Assembly: GCA_965644265.1 (NCBI GenBank)
Contig: OZ286476.1
Span: 5,146,001-5,210,000, forward strand
From: Glycera tridactyla
Taxonomy: Eukaryota
Direction of reading: 5' to 3'
DNA: 64,000 nucleotides
Positions within the stretch are counted from its first letter, which is position 1; every line of letters starts with the position of its first letter. Below the pieces are notes generated by a model. That model was not told the origin of the DNA. It ran no database searches and was given only the letters and a program-made list of their open reading frames with translations. The translations under genes were made by a program, and so were the position numbers. Shown here piece by piece: positions 39,232 through 51,539 of the stretch.

Positions 39232-39934
39232 TAGTGAAGCGTTTAAGATCACACAAAAATTCTTGGACACATTTTGCTGCATTTGTGACAATTATGGAAA
39301 CTCTTTCCACAGAGAAACTGGAGAGGCATGACATTGAATTCACCTCATGAATGACACGCAAGTGATAGCGACATGAACTGTGTGCTGGTTTTAACTATAA
39401 TGATCCTCCGGGAACGATCTCACCGCAAGACACTGTGGATTGATAAAGTCTGATGAAGACACAAGCTTGTCAAAGTCCGCCATTATTTCGATCACCTTCA
39501 TCCAAGTCTGCCTTCACCACCCTTCACTCTGCTCACCTCTATCAAGAAAATGGGCTCTGTTTTACTGGAGAAATGCGATGAGAAGTGGATCGTGTAGACG
39601 TGAGGAGGGGGAGGGGGCAGTTAGCGGGTTGGTTTCTGTAGTAGATGGTCATCGGGTTCAGCAGTTTGTTTGATCCCCCTTGGGACAGAGTGCCGCTCTC
39701 TGATAGATTAATGGGGGATGAACTCAGGCTTTGAAGGTAGGCTGGGTCAATCCTGACTGGTTATGTCAAGACTGAATCATTCTTAAGAGCCGGGCACAAC
39801 TTGACTTCACTCGCTTGACCCTCAAGTAGTTGGTTTTAATTGTTTAACCCTCATACAGCTGGCTCAGTTTGGTAAACTCACTGGTTTCAATCGTTTTCCC
39901 TTTTTGATAGCCCGCTTCACGGAGTGAAGCCGCT

Positions 39935-40650
39935 CTCTGACCGCTGGCTTTAATCAGTTGACTCTCCCAGACAGCTGGGAATACTTAGTTGACTCTCCCA
40001 GACAGCTGGCTTCAATCAGTTGACTCTCCCAGACTGCTGGCTTTACTTTGTTGACACTCCCAGACAGCTGGCTTTACTTGGTTGACTCTCCCAGACAGCT
40101 GGCTTTACTTGGTTGACTCTCCCAGACAGCTGGCTTTACCTCGTTGACTCTCCCAGACTGCTGGCTTTACCTCGTTGACTCTCCCAGACTGCTGGCTTTA
40201 CTTTGTCGACTCTCTCTGACAGCTGACTTTACTTAGTTGACTCTCTCTGACAGCTGACTTTACTTAGTTGACTCTCTCAGACAGCTGACAGAAATTGATT
40301 ACTCTCCCAGACAGCTGGCTTTAATCAGTTGACTCTCCCAGACAGCTGGGAATACTTAGTTGACTCTCCAAGACAGCTGGGGAATACTTAGTTGACTCTC
40401 CCAGACAGCTGGCTTTACTTTGTTGACTCTCTCAGTCAGCTGACTTTACTTAGTTGACTCTCTCAGACAGCTGACTTTACTCAGTTGACTCTCTCAGACA
40501 GCTGACAGAAATGGATTACTCTCCCAGACAGCTGGCAATACTTGACTGACTCTCCCAGACAGCTGGCAATACTTGAATGACTCTCCAAGACAGCTGGCTT
40601 TACTTGGGTACCTCTCTCAGACCGCTAACTTCACTTAGTCGACTCTCTCA
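39935..40650. repeat. 31-bp minisatellite, ~23 copies (same family as 36198-36960)
   Basis: GTTGACTCTCCCAGACAGCTGGCTTTACTTG; period 31 (40081/40112). Confidence 0.95.
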
Positions 40651-40764
40651 GAAAACTGACTTTAATATGATAAATCTCTCGGACATCACAGCTGTCCCTA
40701 GTGACGCCTCTATTACAGAAATGACACCAAAACACATGCTCTCTACATCACCCACTGGACATGG

Positions 40765-41250
40765 CAAAACACAAACACACCCACCCCCCACACACACATA
40801 CACACACCCTGCACACACATACACACAGATGCACTCACACAGACGCACAAACACACATACGCCCACACAAACGCACACACACATACCCCAACACAGACGC
40901 ACACACATACTCATACGCACACACACACAAAAACACAGACCCCAACACAGACGCACACACTTACAGAGACGCACATACACATGCACACACACNNNNNNNN
41001 NNNNNNNNNNNNNNNNNNNNNNNNNNNNNNNNNNNNNNNNNNNNNNNNNNNNNNNNNNNNNNNNNNNNNNNNNNNNNNNNNNNNNNNNNNNNNNNNNNNN
41101 NNNNNNNNNNNNNNNNNNNNNNNNNNNNNNNNNNNNNNNNNNNNNNNNNNNNNNNNGTTCACATGCACACATTCACACCTGCTGACACACACATGTACAC
41201 ACACACGCACACTCATGCACACATTTTGGCACACATGCCCACAAAAATAC
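40765..41250. repeat. Imperfect (CA)n tract with a masked core
   Basis: CA-rich sequence flanks the N run at 40993-41155. Confidence 0.9.
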
Positions 41251-41536
41251 ACGAATCCCATCTCTATGTAATGTTCGGCTACAATGAAGACAGGAGCAGT
41301 TCGGTGCCCAGGGAAAGTTGTCTGATTTTATCTGACCGGCGTGATGGGAAGATGTTGCCATGGTTACCACCACTATCATCCACATCGACATTATTAGAAT
41401 TCATGGTGCTTTGTACACCAGCCACCAACAAAAATACGGCCAGCATCACTGAGGTGGATTTGTTCGGACAGAAGTAAATTGACGGATGCAGTGGGCTGTA
41501 AGAAGGCGCGCTTTTCCGGGATCAACTCTTTACAAG

Positions 41537-42170
41537 AGAATCTATCTTGATATTCTACATTCGCTACACAGGCAAACCTAGAAAAACAGAATAAATGGAC
41601 CATGTTATACTTGTCCATAGATGGTCCCTTCCCTTACTGGAGGAAAATCTATCTTGATATTCTACATTCGCTACACAGGCAAACCTAGAAAAGCAAAATA
41701 AATGGACCATGTTACACTTGTTCATAAATGGTCCCTTCCCTCACTGCAGGAGAATCTATCTTGATATTCTACATTCGCTACACAGGCAAACGAAGAAAAC
41801 GATATGAATGGACCATGTTACACTTGTCCATAGATGGTCCATTCCCTCGCTGCAGGAGAATCTATCTTGATATTCCACATTCACTACGCAGGCAAACCAA
41901 GAATACAAAATCAATGGATCATGTTACTCTTGTCCATAGATGGTCTCTTCCCTCACTGGAGGAAAATCTATCTAGATATTCTATATTTGCTAAACAGGCA
42001 AACAGAGAAAACAAAATAAATGCACCATGTTACACTGGGTCATACATGGCCCCTTCTGTCAATGCAGAGGAATCTCTTGAATATCTTGATATTCTACATT
42101 CGCTACACAGGCAAACCGAGAATACAAAAATAAATGCACCATGTTACACTTGTCCATAGATGGACCCTTT
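41537..42170. repeat. 107-bp minisatellite, ~6 copies
   Basis: TCTATCTTGATATTCTACATTCGCTACACAGGCAAAC at 41541, 41648, 41755 and onward. Confidence 0.93.
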
Positions 42171-42749
42171 TCTCGCTTGCGTCTGCCGTATCCAGCACAC
42201 AGTAATATGGATATACCATGGATGTTCTATCCATGCACATGGAGAGGGCAGGCTGTTTGACTTCCTCAACCTACCTACCCCCCCCCCCCCCTCCCAGAAA
42301 TGAGTGAAACCAGAGCCATGACTTCCAGCGATGGATCGAAGAAGTCCATGGGGAAATGGTGTACCTCTGTTGTGCCCCGTCTCGACCATCGGCCCGTGTT
42401 TAACCCGGCCCGCTGTGTCACCGGCCTGGGTTAACCCAGCCTGCACTGGGTCAACCTGGGCTGCACTGGGTCGACCTGGGCCATTGTTATCCATGAAGAA
42501 ATTCAACACCCCCATCCATATAATCATCGTCGATTGGGAAGTACCGATGGCTTCACACCATTTCCCCTAGCCGTGGCTTCACACCTTTTCTACAGCCATG
42601 GCTTCACAACTTTTCCCCTAGCCGTGGCTTCACACCTTTTCCACTGCCATGGCTTCACAACCATGGCTTCCATCTAACGCTACTCGCTTTCATCGTCACA
42701 TCAAACAGAGCCCCTCAGTAATGTTGATTTACCACTGTTACCATATCCC

Positions 42750-43680
42750 TATGGTCAGGCCTTATGCCGACTATGTGCTAACCTTCATGAGATTATTCAA
42801 GCCTTTTGATGACCATGTACTAACGCTCACGGAATCACTCCATGTTCAGGCATTATACTGACCACTATGTATTAGCTTTTGGCGAATCACATCATGCTTA
42901 GGCCTCATGCAGATCATATACTAGTTTATAGAAGACAATTGTTAGGTCAGCCTTTACGCGTCTGCGTGAGATAATTGTACGATCAGGCCTCGTTCTGACT
43001 ACCATGTAAAAACTTTCATAGGATCACTGTATGGTCGGGCCTCATACTCACTATGTAGTGGCCTTCGAGGTATCACTTGAGGGTCAGGCCTTGCCTCGAC
43101 TATATAATAGCCTTTATAAGATCACTGTATGGTCTGATTACTGTGTACAACCCATCATAAGATCACGGCATGGTCAGCACTGGTTTGACTGCCTTGTTCT
43201 GGCTATCATGGGATCATTAAATTATCTTGCCTTATGCTGATTACTATGTACTAGCCTTCATGAAAGCAGTTTATGATCACGCCTGATGCTCCCTCTGGAA
43301 AATCATTGTGAGGTCAGGTCTTATACTGACTACTAAGTCAGGGGCCTGTTCTACTAAATAGGTGATCCTCCTAAATTAGGGGGTATGGGTAGTCCCCCTA
43401 CAATTCAGGAGGTGGTCTCAACTCCCCCTAAATCGCCATTTGTCTGGTTTAGGGAGACTATTTAGGGAGACTAATTAGGGAGACTAATTTTAGTGAAACG
43501 CAACTCGCCGGCAATCCCCCTAACGTGAATTTAGGTGGACTAAGTCTCCTGAAACATACCATTAGGGGGACTATTTGGGTTCAGTAAAACAGGCCCCAGG
43601 CCTCATGGAGACTATGTACTAGACGTTATGAGAGGATTGTATGGTCAAGATTTATGCTGACAGCTGTGCACTAACTTTTT
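42750..43680. repeat. Old, highly degenerate ~50-55-bp repeat hosting the MITE
   Basis: Recurrent ATGGTCAGGCCTTATGCTGACTATGT-like motif. Confidence 0.6.
43342..43596. mobile_element. 255-bp MITE, PIF/Harbinger-like
   Basis: TIRs GGGCCTGTTCTACTAAA / TTCAGTAAAACAGGCCC (15/17 complementary) with a 3-bp TSD CAG at 43339-41 and 43597-99. Removing the element restores the local GTCAGGCCT motif. Confidence 0.85.
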
Positions 43681-44244
43681 TCAGCTATGTGTCTGTGTTT
43701 GTAAAGCCTGTTTTGGATGGGAATGGCTCATACTGAGAAAGGCCCGCAGGGGAATGTAATTGTCAAGTCAGGTGAGGTCGTCCAGGATGGCGGACTGTGA
43801 ACTACCACATTCCCATCATCATTCCTAACTAGGTCTGCTCAGCTCTCCTTTTATTGCATGCTAAACCACGAGAACAGAGGCGGTACAATTTGCAAGAGAA
43901 ATCCATTTATATGCGCGGCGTCGCATGCTATGCATGGCAGTAAACAAACAAAGAATCCTCATATCAGGTCGATGTCATGGAGAACTAATCTGAGGATTGT
44001 GTTTCAGCAACAAATCCCCATTTTCTCACTCTATGTAGGCTGTCAGTACGATGCTTGAAGCTTTATGATATCCCTCTACCTGTGTAATCACTCTTACCTC
44101 AACCAGTTCAGCTCGAAGAGTACATTCCCGATTCAGTGGAGTGTTCATAGGGTGCCAAGATTAACCATGATCTATCACTCATTGTATGTTGTTAGGACAT
44201 ACTAGCTGCATGGGGAGATTTCTCAAAGATGCAGATGGTTCTCA

Positions 44245-45170
44245 CTGGCTGTGAGGTGGCATACAAGAGAACTGAGATACTTGCCAAGTGTTCATCTGGC
44301 TATGAGGTGGCATACAAGAGAACTGAGATACTTGCCAAGTGTTCATCTGGCTGTGAGGTGGCATACAAGAGAACTGAGACAACTTGCCCAGTGTTCATCT
44401 GGCTGTGAGGTGGCATACAAGAGAACTGAGATACTTGCCTAGTGTTCATCTGGCTGTGAGGTGGCATACAAGAGAACTGAGATACTTGCCCAGTGTTCAT
44501 CTGGCTGTGAGGTGGCATACAAGAGAACTGAGATACTTGCCAAGTGTCCATCTGGCTGTGAGGTGGCATACAAGAGAACTGAGATACTTGCCTGGTGTTC
44601 AACTGGCTGTGGGGTGGCATACAAGAGAACTGAGATACTTGCCCAGTGTTCATCTGGCTGTGAGGTGGCATACAAGAGAACTGAGACAACTTGCCCAGTG
44701 TTCATCTGGCTGTGAGGTGGCATACAAGAGAACTGAGATACTTGCCTGGTGTTCATCTGGCTGTGAGGTGGCATACAAGAGAACTGAGATACTTGCCTAG
44801 TGTTCATCTGGCTGTGAGGTGGCATACAAGAGAACTGTGATACTTGCCCGTTGTCCAACTGGCTGTGAGGTGGCATACAAGAGAACTGAGATACTTGCCC
44901 AGTGTTCATCTGGCTGTGAGGTGGCATACAAGAGAACTGAGATACTTGCCAAGTGTTCATCTGGCTGTGAGGTGGCATACAAGAGAACTGAGATACTTGC
45001 CTGGTGTTCATCTGGCTGTGAGGTGGCATACAAGAGAACTGAGACAACTTGCCCAGTGTTCATCTGGCTGTGAGGTGGCATACAAGAGAACTGAGATACT
45101 TGCCCAGTGTTCATCTGGCTGTGAGGTGGCATACAAGAGAAATGAGATAACTTGCCTGGTGTTCATCTGT
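44245..45170. repeat. 51-bp minisatellite, ~18 copies
   Basis: TGGCTGTGAGGTGGCATACAAGAGAACTGAGATACTTGCCCAGTGTTCATC; 17-aa periodic ORFs; occasional 52-bp GACAACTTG variant. Confidence 0.97.
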
Positions 45171-47139
45171 GTTGGAGGGTAATGTAGCTTCCTTGGACCT
45201 TTCCAATATGGGACTGAATGGATGGCTTTCAGATGACATAGAAGAAAGCTGGGATGACATGCCTGGTGTTCATCTGTGTTGGTGGGTAATGGAGCGTCCT
45301 GGGACACCTTCCTTCTGAGAACCAATGTTCAACTAGTAAGCTAGCCACGATCTCAGCGCTAAGAAGGATTGTTCAGTCATCGGTGATAGTTGATGGATGT
45401 CATGATGATGGTGTAGGAGAAAGCTGGGGCATCTATATTCAGAGGACCAACGTACAAATGATGGTCTCGCCATGAGGTTGGTGCTAAGAAAGAGTGGTCT
45501 TTCCATCAGTGTGATCACCAGTCGTAGCATGGTCATTTCGCAGCCTTCTGGTCACACCTACACTTCAGGCAGTCTAAAAACAAATCACACATCATAACAT
45601 TTTTGAGATGCCGCATTGGCACTTCGAAATGGTGCTATTTGTCGCGTGAATATATCCAGAAAGAGCAGTCTGCTTGCTTCTCACATTCATCCCCCAAGAT
45701 GGTTGCCATGGTGACCACTTTCGTTCGACACAAGCAACCCTCTCTTTAGATCTCTTGATTTTAATTCATTGCCTATTGTAGAAGGCGTGTGGGAATCAAT
45801 GAGGACAGTCCAGGTCTGCTGCAGCTTTGCTCACTCAGAATACGAGATGCTGAGGTCAACCTGAGGTCAAGTGCCATCACTGCCACATGGATAGATCTGG
45901 TGTGGTTTACAATACCACCACTAGAGGCAGCACATTGCTCAAGGCAAGGTCAAAGTAAGACACAGGTACCACTGATATTTAAGCAATTTGTACATTCCTC
46001 AGACCTGACATCTCAAATTCACATTCCAGATAAAATGAGAGGCTTTTTTCCTCAGGCTACTCATTATGCTTCATTGGTGCTGGACTCCGTTGGTGAACTC
46101 CATTGGTGAGTATTCAGGTGAGGTTTCTCATCTGATCGACTCGATAATGTTCCTCTCCCCTGATGCAGTGATGATACTGTTGCCTCACTCGCACACGAAT
46201 CATGGATCATAGCACGACAGGTCGCCTGTGTCTGATGTTCCTGGATGGCGATATGCCTCTAATGTTGGCATGATAGCTTTGCTGACATAGGTTCGGTCAG
46301 CGTCACTGATGCTGTTCACATTCAGCTACCCTTACATTGCTGTGTCATCACTGATGTGGTCCAGCTATATGTTACCTCTGTGTAGGCTGTCCAGAGCAGT
46401 ATTCAGTCCCTCGTTGTTTTGATGACATCGTCACGCTGCTTTATTCAGCGGTATCCATGGTAACCACTGTCATTGCTTCTCATAAAACAATCTGCCTCAT
46501 TAGAGCAGACCTGTTTACAAGCTCACGTCCAAAATTATGACCTAATCTAAATGATGTATGTTCTTCTTCACCCACCCGCTCAGCTGTCCACACAAACCGT
46601 GGAATTATTCAATCTCAATAAGGTCCCATCTCAATACCTTCTCTCTATGATACCCATATATTCAAAGCATGCTCGCGCAAATCCTGGTATATCACACTGT
46701 ATCTCCTCCTTGGTGTGGGTCGCCTGTCTGATGCACCAATACTCTGACGAGTCACACATTCGGAGCATCGAAGGGTCATGATGTTGAGACAATGGCTATC
46801 CATTGTCCAGAATAAATTATCCACCAAATATACAGCACAACTGCCCTACGTCCATTGTCCTCTACACTCTATTGGCCTGTAGAATTTCCGATATTGAGGG
46901 TAGGGGGGGGGGGGGGGGGGAGAAGCCTTCAACGAGAAAGGTTCCTGCCATGCATCATTGCATAGAAGAACGTCATTACCCTAATTGATGCTTGATGTAT
47001 GTTCCAACAAGGCTGTCCCTGCTATGGCCAGTCAGACACCCCCCTCCTCCGCCCCTGTTACTATGACAGAAGGCAGGGCCTGCCAATGCTACATCTCAGC
47101 CACCTACTATGATGATGGATATTACCCAGTATCATGCTT

Positions 47140-48310
47140 GAGTTTGCTCCAATATATGTGCCTGATATGGACCAACACAGAGTGACCTTCTCAATTAGAT
47201 GTTTGACGCTATCATATATGTGCCTAATATAGACCGACACAGAGTGACCTTCTCAATTAGATGTTTGACGCTATCATATATGTGCCTGATATAGACTGAA
47301 AAATAGTGACCTTCTCAATCAGATGGTTGATGCTCTAATATATGTGCTCGATATAGACCAACACAGAGTGACCTCCTCAATCAGATGCTTGACGCTCTAA
47401 TATATGTGCCTAATATAGACCGACACAGAGTGACCTTCTCAATTAGATGTTTGATGCTATCATATATGTGCCTGATATAGACCGACACAGAGTGACCTTC
47501 TCAATTAGATGGTTGATGCTCTAATATATGTGCCTAATATAGACCAACAAGGGGTGACCTTCTCAATTAGATGGTTGACGCTCTAATATATGTGCCTAAT
47601 ATAGAACGACACAGAGTGACCTTCTCAATTAGATGTTTGACGCTATCATATATGTGCCTGATATAGACCGACACAGAGTGACCTTTCTCAATTAGATGTT
47701 TGACACTCTAATGTATGTGCCTAATATAGACCGACACAGGGTGACCTTCTCAATCAGATGTTCGTCGCTCTAATATATGTGCCTGATATAGACCGACACG
47801 GAGTGACCTTCTCAATCAGATGCTTGACGCTCTAATATATGTGCCTGATATAGACCAACACAGAGTGACCTTCTCAATCAGATGTTTGATGCTCTAATAT
47901 ATGTGCCTAACATAGACCGACACAGAGTGACCTTCTCAATCAGATGATTGACGCTCTAATATATGTGCCTGATATAGCCCAACACAGAGTGACCTTCTCG
48001 ATTAGATGGTTGATGCTGTAATATATGTGCCTGATAAAGACCAACACAGAGTGACCTTCTCAATCAAATGGTTGACGCTCTAATATATGTGCTTGATATA
48101 TACCAACACAGAGTGACCTTCTCAATCAGATGTTTGACGCTCTAATATATGTGCCTAATATAGACCAACACAGAGTGACCTTCTCCATCAGATGGTTGAC
48201 GCTCTAATATATGTGCCAGATAAAGACCAACACAGAATAACCCTCTCAATCAGATGTTTGTGGCTCCAATATATGTGCCTGATATATACCAACACAGAGC
48301 GACCTTCTCT
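47140..48310. repeat. 62-bp minisatellite, ~19 copies
   Basis: ATATATGTGCCTGATATAGACCGACACAGAGTGACCTTCTCAATTAGATGTTTGACGCT; period 62 (47221/47283). Confidence 0.97.
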
Positions 48311-49224
48311 ATTAGTAGATGTAGCCAGAACAGTGTGAGGTTATCTTAATCACTGGATTTCTTACCTCTGTCAGCCCCCCTTTGTCTGTTTCTATTATAT
48401 TCTTTTTATGTCTGTCTGTCCGCCTTTTGTCTGCCTGGCTGACTGTCTGTCTCTCTCTTCATCACTCTGTCTGTCTCTCTCGCTCTCTTCATCTCTTTCT
48501 CTTTCTTTCTCTTGGTTGTTGTGTATTTTATTGATGCATCTATTTTGTTCGTAATAAGAATTGTTGGATTTTATGCATAGGGTGGAGGGGGGGGGGGATC
48601 AGAGGGCCTATGCAAACAAACTCAAGAACAAACTATTTCCCATGTTGACCTTCATGGTTATATCCAATGTTTCTCTCGTTCTTTCTACTTCTCTCTCTCA
48701 ATCTCTGGATCTTACTCTTCTATAGTTAGGACACAAACATGTTTGTTCAGTTATCCAAGGAAGTACCTAGAGGATCAAGTAGCCTGCACAATGAAAGTAT
48801 CCTCCCCAAAGTGGTAATAGCCTTTAACAGCTCGATCCAGTAGTCGACCATCTACCCTCAGTTTATTCAGTAGAAATAGTCTCATGTAATAGTGGTAGCA
48901 CATCTTGTGACAGTCAATCGTCATAGATTCCCATCGAATTCACTGATTAGCAGTTGAGTCGGCATTGAGTCAAGCTGGCAGGGGTCTGTTTATACTTGTT
49001 CACGATATGTTAGACGACGACTTGACAGCAAACGTACCGCGTGGAGTGGACGACAACTATGTATATATGGTAATACTGTACATGTGAGGACTTGACTACA
49101 GGGAATATCCATATATTCCAGACGGACTTTGAGTCTGACACGATGGTTCGTGGAGGGCCGGCGTGACGCTGAGCGATGTTGTAAGACGGTGAGATCTAGA
49201 AGATTAGGAGTGTATGGCGCCAGG

Positions 49225-51539
49225 GATGCGACACTAGACATCCATCCCAATAACTTCTGCCACAGCATCAAATACTAAGCGCTCCGCAGACCTGCACCAA
49301 CATCCCTCTAAGTGTGTGGGGCGCCAGAGATGAGACACTAGACATCCATCATAGTTACTTCTGTCACAGCATCCCATACTAAGCTCTCCACAGACCTGCA
49401 CCAACATCCCTCTAAGTGTGGGGCACCAGGGATGAAACACTAGACATTCATCATAGTTACTTCTGCCACAGCATCCCATACTAAGCTTTCCGCAGACCTG
49501 CACCAACATCCCTCTAAGTGTGGGGCACCAGAGATGTGACACTAGACATTCATCAGAGATACCTCCACCACAGCATCCCATACTAAGCTCTCTGCAGACC
49601 TGCACCAACATCCCTCTAAGTGTGGGGCACCAGGGATGAAACACTAGACATTCATCATAGTTACTTCTGCCACAGCATCCCATACTAAGCTATCCGCAGA
49701 CCTGCACCAACATCCCTCCAAGTGTGTGGCGCCAGGGATGAAACACTGGACATACATCATAGTTACTTCTGCCACAGCATCCCATACTAAGCTATCCGCA
49801 GACCTGCACCAACATCCCTCCAAGTGTGTGGCACCAGGGATGAAACACTGGACATACATCATAGTTACTTCTGCAACAGCATCCCATACCAAGATCTCCG
49901 CAGACCTGCACCAACATCCCTCTAAGTGTGGGGGGCGCCAGCGATGAGACACTGGACATTCATCATAGTTACTTCTGTCACAGCATCCCATACTAAGCTC
50001 TCCACAGACCTGCACCAACAACCCTCTAAGTGTGGGGCACCAGGGATGAGACACTGGACATTCATCATAGTTACTTCTGCCACAGCATCACATACTAAGC
50101 TCTCCACAGACCTGCACCAACATCCCTCTAAGTGTGTGGCGCCAGGGATGAGAGACTAGACATGCATCATAGTTACTTCTACCACAGCATCCCATACTAA
50201 GCTCTCCACAGACCTGCACCAACATCCCTCTAAGTGTGGGGCACCAGGAACGAGACACTGGTCATTCATCAGAGTTACTTCTACCACAGCATCCCATACT
50301 AAGCTCTCCACAGACCTGCACCAACATCCCTCTGAGTGTGGGGCGCCAGGGATGAGACACTGGACATTCATCATAGTTACTTTTACCATAGCATCCCATA
50401 CTAAGCTCTCCCCAGACCTGCACCAACATCCCCCCAAGTGTGTGGCGCGAGGGATGAGACACTGGACATACATCATAGTTACTTCTGCCACAGCATCCCA
50501 TACCAAGCTCTCCGCAGACCTGCACCAACATCCCTCTAAGTGTGTGGGGCGCCAGGGATGAGACACTGGACATCCATCATAGTTACTTCTGCCACAGCAT
50601 CCCATACTAAGCTCTCCGCAGACCTGCATCAACATCCCTCTAAGTGTGGGGGGCGCCAGGGTTGAGACGCGAGACATCCATCATAGTTACTTTTACCACA
50701 GCATCTCATACTAAGCTCTCCCCAGACCTGCACCAACAGCATCCCATACTAAGCTCTCCCCAGACCTGCACCAACATCCCTTTAAGTGTGTTGGGCGCCA
50801 GCGATGAGACACTGGACATCCATCATAGTTACTTCTGCCACAGCATCCCATACTAAGCTCTCTGCAGTCCTGCACCAACATCCCTCTAAGTGTGTGGGGC
50901 GCCAGGGATGAGACACTGGACATCCATCATAGTTACTTCTGCCACAGCATTCCATAATAAGCTCTCGGCAGACCTGCACCAACATCCCTCTAAGTGTGTG
51001 GGGCGCCAGGGATGAGACACTGGACATCCATCATAGTTACTTCTGTCACAGCATCCCATACTAAGCTCTCCGCAGACCTGCACCAACATCCCTCTAAGTG
51101 TGTGGGGCCAGGGATGAAACACTAGACATACATCAGAGTTACTTCTGCCACAGCATCCCATACTAAGCTCTCGGCAGACCTGCACCAACATCCCTCTAAG
51201 TGTGGGGGGCCAGGGATGAGACTCTAGACATTCATCATAGTTACTTCTGCCACAGCATCCCATACTAAGCTCTCCACAGACCTGCACCAACCTCCCTCTA
51301 AGTGTGAGGTGCCAGGGATGAAACACTGGACATACATCATAGTTACTTCTGCCACAGCATCCCATACTAAGCTCTCCGCAGACCTGCACCAACATCCCTC
51401 CAAGTGTGTGGCGCCAGGGATGAGACACTAGAAATACATCATAGTTACTTCTGTCACAGCATCCCATACTAAGCTCTCCACAGACCTGCACCAACCTCCC
51501 TCTGAGTGTGAGGTGCCAGGGATGAGACACTAGACATCC
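49225..51539. repeat. 102-106-bp satellite, left arm (~22 copies)
   Basis: GACATCCATCATAGTTACTTCTGCCACAGCATCCCATACTAAGCTCTCCGCAGACCTGCACCAACATCCCTCTAAGTGTGGGGCGCCAGGGATGAGACACTG. Confidence 0.97.
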
